A stretch of 27,885 nt of DNA from Verrucomicrobiota bacterium. Lineage in GTDB: Bacteria; Verrucomicrobiota; Kiritimatiellia; CAIQIC01; Lenti-01. This document shows, piece by piece, positions 16,501 through 24,300 of this stretch (its first letter is position 1; each line of letters starts with the position of its first letter). The position numbers were made by a program, and so were the translations under genes. The stretch is from assembly GCA_003451935.1 (NCBI GenBank), contig DMJA01000066.1:1-27885 (forward strand). The letters are read 5' to 3'. The notes under the pieces were generated by a model that worked only from the letters and a program-made list of their open reading frames with translations, ran no database searches and was not told the DNA's origin.

Positions 16501-18142
16501 CAATGGCGCGTTCCAAAGTTGCTCCGGCTTGACGAATGCCATCATCGGCACCAACGTCACCACCATCGGAAATTCCGCATTCTACAATTGCTCCGGACTG
16601 ACAGGCGTGGCCATCCCCGCCAGCGTAACCTCGATCCAGGAACGCGCGTTCGATGGTTGCTCCAGTTTGACCGGCATTTCCGTCTCGGCGGGCAATCTGG
16701 CCTATTCCAGCGTAGACGGGATCCTCTTCAACAAGACCCAAACCGAGCTCCTTCAATATCCGGGTGGCAAGGAAGGGGCATATGCCATCCCCCCCGGCAT
16801 CGCGACAATCGGCAACTTTGCGTTCAACGGACGCACCGGCCTGACCGCCATCGATATCCCCGCCGGGGTCACCTCGATCGGGAACTATGCGTTTTATGCT
16901 TGCACCGGACTGACGAACATCACCCTCCCCGACAGTATCGTCGCAATCGGCAGCTATGCGTTCTGCGGGTGCTCGAGCCTGACAAACATCCATCTCCCCG
17001 AAGGTGTCGTCTCGATCGGGAATGGCACCTTCCAGAGTTGCACCGGATTGACCGGCATCCGCATCCCCACCGGCGCCACCGCGATTGGGAATTACGCGTT
17101 CTATGGGTGCAGCGGGCTGACAAACGCGGCAATCCCCGGAAATGTCACTTCGATCGGGAGCTATGCCTTCTTCGGTTGCTCCACCCTCTCCGGCGTGGAC
17201 ATTCCCGACAGTGTCATCTCAATCCAGGATCGCGCCTTCGACGCCTGTCCCGACTTGGTCGCCATCTCCGTTGCGGAGGGGAACCCCGCCTATTCCAGCT
17301 TGGATGGCGTTCTCCTCAATAAGGACTTGACCCTTCTGGTTCAATGCCCCGGCGCACGGTCGGGCTCCTACTCCATTCCCGGCCGCGTCGCCACGATCGG
17401 GAACTATGCGTTCAATGGGTGCACAGGCCTGACGGATGTCGTCATGGGCGGGGCCGTGACGACGATCGGCGCCCATGCATTTGAAGGATGCCTCAACCTC
17501 GCCGCGCTGGTCGTTCCAGGCGGCGTGATCCATGTCGGCATCTCTGCGTTTGACGGATTTCCCGGCGCTTTGTATTTCCAAGGAAACGCCCCCGTATTCG
17601 AACACCACCTCCCGGGCTTGGCTTCCATCTACTACTGCCTCGGCACATCGGGTTGGGATGCCTACACCTCCCCCAAAAGCATCTGGACGAGCGTTGCGGC
17701 CTTCGAGGCCGGCGAAGGAATGCCGTCGTATGCGAGCCAGACCGGCAACGTGGGCAATGCCTACGGCGTGTTGCCGACGGCAACCCGCCCAGGCTTTGCG
17801 TTTGGCGGGTGGTGGACGGAGGCAAATGGCATGGGCACCCATGTGTTCACCAATTCAACCGTCCCCTATGTGACCACGGGGCATGTGCTTTATGCCCATT
17901 GGACCGAAACGCCGGCGCTGGATGCAGAAGACGAGGTGCGGTTCCTCTCCGACAGACTATCCTTTGGCCTCCCGACCGGCTATTCGGCCTGTATGGTCGA
18001 ATGTGCTACCGTCGTGACGAACGGGGCGTGGAATTTCTCGCCCCTGGATGCGAATGAATACGGAATATCGAACGGCACCGTGACCTTGTATTATTTACCG
18101 GAACGTCCCAAGGCCATTTATCGGGCGCAATTCAGCCCGTAG
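13505..18142 (+). CDS. BspA-family (TpLRR/LRR_5) surface protein with a Listeria-Bacteroides (InlB B-type) repeat and a C-terminal domain (1545 aa)
   Basis: ATG 13505 with GGAGG 7 nt upstream. Sec signal 'MGKIGRTGMLLLWVLLLPAPVLA'. Dozens of 23-aa 'LTSIxIPDxVxSIGxYAFxGC' repeats. 'LPTATRPGFAFGGWWT...VLYAHW' at about 17690-17905. Confidence 0.92.
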   Translation: MGKIGRTGMLLLWVLLLPAPVLAGDYTYTTNSSNPDTITLTGYNGPSGVVDIPSSLDGKTVTAIGNNAFRGNTGLTGVHIPATVDSIGSYAFQTCTSLTNIYLPDGVASIGNYAFHDCSNLRNVLIPGSVASIGTGAFQGCSGLTGVAIGNGVATLGSYAFYGCTRLSNVILPDSVTSIQDRAFDACTGLASISITEGNPTYSSRDGILFNKTQTALIQHPGGRGGVFAVPDGITSIGNYAFCGRTGLATISLPPTLVAIGNYAFQGCTGLTSLDLPDAVATIGSYAFSGCTSLRSINIPGALSTIAASTFQGCSGLTGIQIHDGVVAIGNSAFQGCSGLADVAIGSGVATIGSQAFYGCTRLADIAIPDAVATIQDRAFDGCTRLASISVAEGNLAYSSRDGVLFNKSQTAFIQHPGGQQGAYAIPAGVASIGNYAFCARTGLTHIDIPSTVVSVGAYAFQGCTGLTSVQIPDGVASIGNYAFHGCTSLRDINIPASLSAIAAGTFQGCAGLTSVAIPDGVASIGTYAFYGCSGLAGIDIPASVSTVQERAFDGCSRLAAISVDEGNDAYSSQDGVLFNKDQTVLIQHPGGQGGAYSVPDGVTSIGNYAFCLRPGLTSVGLPGTLASIGNYAFQGCTGLTHIGIPDSTAAIGIGSFLGCSALKNVTMGNGVATIGSSAFQGCIGLTDITVGNDIATIGSYAFFGCSSLETLTIPDSVATIQDRAFDGCSSLTSISVAEGNTAYSSRDGVLFNKTQTTLLQHPGGQGGAYAVPDGVTSIGIYAFNGRTGLAGINLPSTLISIGNYAFQGCTGLTSIGIPDSVVSLGSCALQGCTGLTNALIGNGVSAIGGLAFYGCSSLAYIDLPDSVATIQDRAFDGCSSLAAISVASGNSAYSSRDGVLFNKDQTKLIQHPGGLGGPYAVPNGVAAIGDYAFNGRTGLTSVVLPDGVTSIGSYAFQGGTGLEEIILPGSVASIGSGAFLGCTSLGRVHIPDGVTSIGNGAFQSCSGLTNAIIGTNVTTIGNSAFYNCSGLTGVAIPASVTSIQERAFDGCSSLTGISVSAGNLAYSSVDGILFNKTQTELLQYPGGKEGAYAIPPGIATIGNFAFNGRTGLTAIDIPAGVTSIGNYAFYACTGLTNITLPDSIVAIGSYAFCGCSSLTNIHLPEGVVSIGNGTFQSCTGLTGIRIPTGATAIGNYAFYGCSGLTNAAIPGNVTSIGSYAFFGCSTLSGVDIPDSVISIQDRAFDACPDLVAISVAEGNPAYSSLDGVLLNKDLTLLVQCPGARSGSYSIPGRVATIGNYAFNGCTGLTDVVMGGAVTTIGAHAFEGCLNLAALVVPGGVIHVGISAFDGFPGALYFQGNAPVFEHHLPGLASIYYCLGTSGWDAYTSPKSIWTSVAAFEAGEGMPSYASQTGNVGNAYGVLPTATRPGFAFGGWWTEANGMGTHVFTNSTVPYVTTGHVLYAHWTETPALDAEDEVRFLSDRLSFGLPTGYSACMVECATVVTNGAWNFSPLDANEYGISNGTVTLYYLPERPKAIYRAQFSP
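13690..17560 (+). repeat. Intragenic 69-nt LRR repeats grouped into seven super-modules
   Basis: The motif TATTCCAGC (Tyr-Ser-Ser of 'YSSRDGVLFNK') occurs at 14108, 14696, 15215, 15734, 16184, 16703 and 17291. Confidence 0.9.
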
Positions 18143-18225
18143 TTGCTCCCGCATATGGCCGGGAGCCGCGAGGGGAGAGAACTGCCCGACAGGAGTTGAA
18201 CCGGCAATCTCGTGCTCTGTACTTG

Positions 18226-18254
18226 AAAAATCGCCGTTCTTATTAATATGGCGA
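18226..18254 (-). terminator. Possible weak terminator after the giant gene
   Basis: Minus strand TCGCC(AT)-loop-(AC)GGCGA-TTTTT: a 5-bp core stem, a long AT-rich loop and a U tract. Confidence 0.3.
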
Positions 18255-18341
18255 AGGTTGCCGCCAATCGGACCGACGATCGAGATTTCGCTCACCGCCT
18301 TCCCCCGCCCGGCGTGCAGAGTTGAGCCGGTTCCGGCAGCG

Positions 18342-21300
18342 CTATTCCTCGTCGACCTGGATGAGATACAGGCCGATGCCGCCGATGTCCGTGTCGAGGT
18401 ATTCGTTTCCTTCGGGATCGGCGGGGATGCCGGATTCGATGGCCTGGAAGCCCTGGATCAGGTTTGTTGAACGCAGGATCTTGTAGCGTTCGTCCACGCG
18501 GCCCAGCCAGCGGATCCAGACGCCGTTCGTCCCAAGGCTCACGGGGCTTTGCAACTTGAGGGCGATCGCGGTGCGCTCGAACGGCCCATAGACCTGCAGG
18601 TCGCCGGAGGTTTCCACCTCCACCAGCCGATAGGTGTAGGTGCCGCCCGCCACCGCCCCGGCGTCCACCAGGGAATACGCCGTGCCGAAGCCGTCCACGC
18701 CCTGGGCATAGAGGATGTCCTTATTCACCCGCACCCAGGCGCTGCCATCCCAGCGCTCCACATAGAACCCGACGGTGTCTTCCTCCGAAGCCGTCCGCCA
18801 GCGGACCACCACCTGGTCGTTTTCCTCCCCGGCGGTGAAGCTGTACAGCACCACGCGGGTGGTGGAATAAGGCTGGAAATAGATCTGATCGATTTCAGTG
18901 GCCTGGGCCCCGTCTATTGTCTGAACCGCGACGACGCCGAAATACCCGTTGGATTCCAGCGTGGAATCCACGCCCGTGCCTTGGAAGACGGTGGCATTGG
19001 CGGGGACTTCCGTGGCCACGCTGCCCTCGCCATTGGTGGTGGGCAGGACGGAGGTGTAGAGCTCCCACACGCCGGCGCTCTTGCGGCCATGGGTGACCCG
19101 GATCAGGAACCCGACGTCCGTCAGCCCGTCGACCAGCGACTCCTCCGAAGTCAGGATGGTGGCATCGGCGACGCCATTCGTGACCCGTTCCAGACGGATC
19201 TTGTCCCCATAGGTGCTGTCGCCTCCAATCGCCAGGCGATAGCCATCCACCGTGGAGGATTCCAGGTCGGCTTCGTTCGCATACAGCCAGATGTACATGC
19301 GGTTGGCGGTGGCGAACTCCATGTTCCGGCGCCCCACCCACAGGCCCCATTCCTGGGAAACGCCCCAGTACGCGATCTGGGTCCGCAGTTGGTTCGTTGC
19401 CGTACCCGCCGGGCCATTCTGCCGCAAGGTCTGGGAGCCCGTGGCGCCGGCGCCCGCATCGCTGTCGGCCACAATGATCCAATTGGTTGTATCGCCGGAC
19501 CAGACAGGCGACCCCGTGAAATTGCCGTCTATGAAACCATCCAGCGGGGCGGACGCCGTGATGAGCACGCTGGTGACCCCCGCCAACCCGCCGCCATTCG
19601 CGGCAATCGTGAATTCCCCGGCCTCGCTGTACTGAAGCGCGGTCCAGGTGTAGGCACCCGTGACCAAAGATTGGGCACCTCCCCCGCTCAAGGTCCCGGA
19701 TCCGCTGGCCTGGCCGAGGGTCACGCTGACGATGGAATCCACATCCACGTTCTGGTTGGCATCCTGCGCCTGCACGACGGCGCTGAAGTTCTGGGCGATG
19801 GGCACCACGGTGGCGAGCGAGGCGAACGCCAGCTGGGTGGCCGCGACGATGATCCGGTTGCGGTCTCCGGTCACGTCGGTCGCGGCGCCGCCGGCGTCGG
19901 CGGCCGCGAAGATCGACCCGGCGCTGTCGGCCGTGGCGCTGGCGACCGTGAAGGTCAACTGCGCGTTGTCGGTGACGGTGCTGGCGAAACTGGCCAGGAC
20001 TTTGAAAGTCTTGGTGGCGCCATCCGCGGCGGACAGGCCGGCCAGGTTGGTGAACACCACGGTGGTGCCGCCGTAGCCTTCGGCGATTTCGGTGGTGCCG
20101 TCATAGAGCGCCACCCGGCGCAGGTTGTCGCCGTTGGCGACCGTGAAGGTGATCGCCGTCAGCGTGGTCCCAAGCGCATCCGAATCGGCGGCGCCGCCGC
20201 CGTCGCGGATCGTGAAGCTGCCGACTTGCAGGGACGACGACGTCAGGTTGGTTTCCTGATAGGAGCCATAGGCGATGCTGGAAAACTCGGTGAAGCCGGA
20301 GTCGCGGATGATGTCGGAGTCGGCGCTATAGGTGCCCGTCCCGGTCACCACCTTGTCCTTTTGCGTCGCACCAGCGCTGGTGTGCGTGAGGACCGAGTTG
20401 TACACCCCGGCCGTGGCCGGCTTGAACCGCACGAAAATTGTCGTCTCCGCCACGGTCCCGCTGGATGGCGTCAGCGAAATCGCCGAGGAGCTGAAACCCG
20501 AGCCGCTGGTGAGGGAGATCTCAAATCCCGGCGGGGGGGTGATCACGATGTTGGCGCCCAGGTTCACCCCCGACACCGTGTAGGACTGCTCGGCGGACGC
20601 CACATTGGTCACCACGCTGCCGAACGCCAAGGCGTCGCCCGAAACCAGGATTCCGGGGGTCGTGGAATCCACATCCACGATTCCGAAGATATCCAGGCCA
20701 TAGCTGTTGTCGGCACGGGAATAGAACCCCCACGCACCCGTTCCGGTCTGTCCGCTGGCAAAGTAGCGCAGGGTCACCGTCGCGCCTTCCGTCAGGTTTT
20801 GGAGGGCGGACACCCCGGAGAAATCCCACGCGCGGGTGAGGCTGGTGGATTCCAACGGGGATCCGATCCAAGTGAAATTGGTCCCGTCCAAGCTGTAGGC
20901 CCACTGGTCCCGGACACCCGTATAGTTGATGACATTCGTGTAGAAACTTGGGGTGCCCGCGAATCGGCCCGTGATGCTCGTCAGCGAAAGCTTGTGGCCA
21001 GGGGCGGAGGACAGCGTCACCTGGTAATAGTCGTTGCTGTCCAGCGCAATGCCCTCGTTGCCAAATCCGGTGGTCCGGAAGGAGTTGGTGCCGGTGCTGG
21101 CCGGGGCGCCCGCCCCGCGGGTGATGTTGGAAGAACCGTCCATGCTGGCGTTGTACACTTCCGCGGTCCATGTCGCTGGATAGGGCGAACCCGCCCCGGT
21201 GAAATCCCAGGCCGCGAGGCTCGAAGGGCCGAGGGTCACCGCCACCTCCACCGTCTGCGTCGCCACGCCCGCGAGGTTGCTGGCCGTGAAGGTGAAGGTG

Positions 21301-24300
21301 TTCGTCTTGCCCCCTTCGGACAACGGCGGCGTGTAGCTCAACTCGCCTGTCCCCGCCGTGAATACATAGCCCGACGGGGCCGTCGTGCTTTGCAGCGCCA
21401 GCGTGGGTGCGGGCGCGCCCGAGGCGGTTTCCGTGAAGACCAAGGCCACGCCCGTGGTCGTGGCGTACGGGCCGGCGCCGCCTGTGAAGGCCGGCGCCGA
21501 AGCCGCCGTCACCACGACGCTGACGGTTTGGGTCGCCACGCCCAGTTCGTTGCTCGCCGTGAAGGTGAAGGTCTTGGTCGTCCCTCCATCGGCCAGCGGC
21601 GGCGTGTAGGTCAGGACGCCCGTCGCCGGAACAAAGTCGTAGCCCGAGGTGGCCGTCTGGGATTCCAAGGCCAATGCGGGCGTCGGCCAGCCGGTCGCAC
21701 TCACCGTGAAGGCCGTCGCCACTCCCGACGTCGCATACTGGGTCCCCAACGCATTGAACACCGGGGCGTTCGAAATGACCAGCGTGCCGTTGGTCGAGCC
21801 TTGGTAGAGGAGATCGTTCACGATGCCCGTCACGGCGTAGCTGCCGGCATTGCTGGGCGCGGTCGCCGAGCCGTCATAGGTGACGTCCACGGACAAATCC
21901 GCCGGAACGGTTGTCACCGTGACGGTCTTGGCGTTGCCGTCCCACATCTGCGCCAGGTTGCCCAGGGTCACGGTCGCCTTGGCCTTGGTCACGTTGAACG
22001 TGTTGGTCACATCCGGCGCCGGATCCCAACTGGTATTGCCGGCCTGCGAGGCCACGATGCTGACGGTCCCCGACGTCGAGAACGTCAGGTTCGTGCCACT
22101 GGCGATCGACCCCGGCCCGCTGGCCACCGCAAAACTCACCGGCAGGCCGCTGGAGGCAATCGCCGTAAGCTTCACCAAATTCGTCGCGGTCTGGTTGTCG
22201 ATGGGCGCGAAGTGGATGGCCTGCACCCCCTTCGTGGCCACGCTGGCCACGGAGGAATAGGTGCCGGTGCCGATCGCCGAAACCGCCCGCGCACGGAAAT
22301 AATAGGTCGCGCCAGCCGCCAGTCCCGTCACGGACTGGCTCGTGCCCGCCACCGTCAGATTTGAATAGCCGGGGATGTAGGCCGGCGTGGCCAGCGAGCC
22401 TTGGATCAGGATGTCGTCACCCGCGCCTTCGAAGCCCAGGGCGCCGCCGGAGGCTCCCCCCCACCCCGCCAGCCGGAAGGTGATGGCGCCGGATACATTC
22501 TGAAACGCGGGAACTCCGTTCAGATCGCAAGACAAGGCAAGAGCGGCCGTGTTGGTCGCCATTCCATTGGTCGACACCAGATTCGTCGCATAGCCGTCAT
22601 GGCTTGCCCGCAGCGCGAGATTGGAGGCACCGGTGGCGGACCGCTGGATGTTCAGGAGGATGTTGGTGATGGACATTGTCACGTGGTCAGCGCCCGGCTG
22701 GATGGTCCACTCGAAATATTCGCCTGCCGCCAATGCGGCCGCGGCATCCGCGAAGTTGGTGGACCAGCCACCGGCGTTGAACCGGCCCGCATTCGCCGAA
22801 GCCGTCAATCCCGTGCCGCGGGTGATATAGGCGGGAGCCTGCATGTGGGTGGCCGCGAAGGTGGAAATCCCCTGCGCCTCGTCGCCCGCATAGTCCGCAA
22901 AGTCGAAGGCGATCAAGTTGGTGTTCGCGCTGCCGGCCGTGAAATTCGAATTCGCTCCGACATCGAGCCGGTAGCTCGTTGCGCCCCCCGGCGCGCCCCA
23001 GGCCGCCGTGAAGTCCGCGGCGTTCATCGCGCTCGCCCAGATCGGAGCCGGTGCCGCGGGCAGGCCCTCGGCCACCACCACGCTGACCACCTGCGTGTCC
23101 ATGCCCAGGCTGTTGCTCGCCGTGAAAGTGAATGACACATCGCCAACATCCGCATACGGTGGTGTGTAGGTCAGCAGGCCCGTCGCAGGGTTCAAGGTAT
23201 AACTGCCGGGCGTTGCCCCGGTATCCGCTTCCACCACCGCAAAGGTGGGAGGCAAGCCCTGGACGCTCACGGTGAAGGACATCGGCACCCCCGACGTTGC
23301 GTATTGCGTTCCCAGCGCGTTGAACACCGGCGGCGCATGCACGGCCACGCTCACCACCTGCGTCACCACGCCCAAGCTGTTGCTCGCCGTGAAGGTGAAG
23401 GTCCGCGTGCCCGCGTCCGCCAGCGGCGGCGTGTAGGTCAGCATGCTGGGGCTGGTGCCGTTCGTCCAGCCATAGGAGCCGCCGGTGGCCGTCGTGCTTT
23501 GCAGCGCCAGCGTGGGTACGGGATCGCCGGTCGCGCTCTCCGTGAAGGTCAACTCCACGCCATTCGTCGTGCTGTAGCTGGTCCCGCTGGTGAAGAACGG
23601 CGCCAGATCCACCGTCGTCACGCTCGCCACCGACGAATATGTCCCGGTGCCCAGCGCCGAGGCCGACCGCATCCGGAAGTAGTACAGGGTGTTCGGTGTC
23701 AGCCCCGTCACGGAATGGCTCGTGCCGGAAACCGTCAAATTTGAATAGCCGGGGACGTAGGAAGGATCGCCGCTGACGCCGGTCACGGTAAATGAACCCG
23801 CGGGCGGCAGGGCGTTTGTCACCGTGTTGCTGACCGTCCAGTTGTTCGTGTTGCCGATGGCGGCCAGCAGCTCCGCCTTGGTGCCGGCTGTAACACTCAT
23901 GCCATAGACGAAATTATCCACCTCGTTCAAGGCGATGGCCGTTGTTCCATCAGTCAATCCCGTGGGAAGGCCGGACGATTCGGTATTCGTTGCGCTGGCC
24001 TGCCAGCCGATATCTTGGCTATTGACCGCGTAAATCATGGTCGTGGACGAGGCCGTCTTTTGATAAGCGAGAATCTGGTCGCCGGAAGCGGACAAGGCAA
24101 AGGAAGTGCCGGAAACCGTCCCCGTACTTGCTGTCGCGCTCGGGGTAATCGACACCATGGTCCCGGCCATGATGGGATTGGCGGTCGAATTCGACCAAAG
24201 CACGATCCCCTCCCCTGTCCGGAAGTGGTCGTTCGTCCACCCGTTCTCCGTGAAGTAAATGGCCGTGCCCACGTCGAGATTCGCCAAGGCGAGAAACGTG

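Noticed and set aside
18145-18166. Hairpin GCTCCCG/CGGGAGC right after the BspA stop as a terminator
   Set aside because: It has no U tract on either strand, so it cannot be supported as an intrinsic terminator.
18180-18260. Possible intact tRNA gene
   Set aside because: No 5' acceptor strand, D-arm or anticodon arm can be paired. Kept only as a low-interest fragment.
18250-18300. GGCGAAGGTTGCCGCC resembles the start of a fluoride riboswitch
   Set aside because: There is no downstream pseudoknot partner or conserved 3' motif, and it lies between convergent stop codons with no gene to control.
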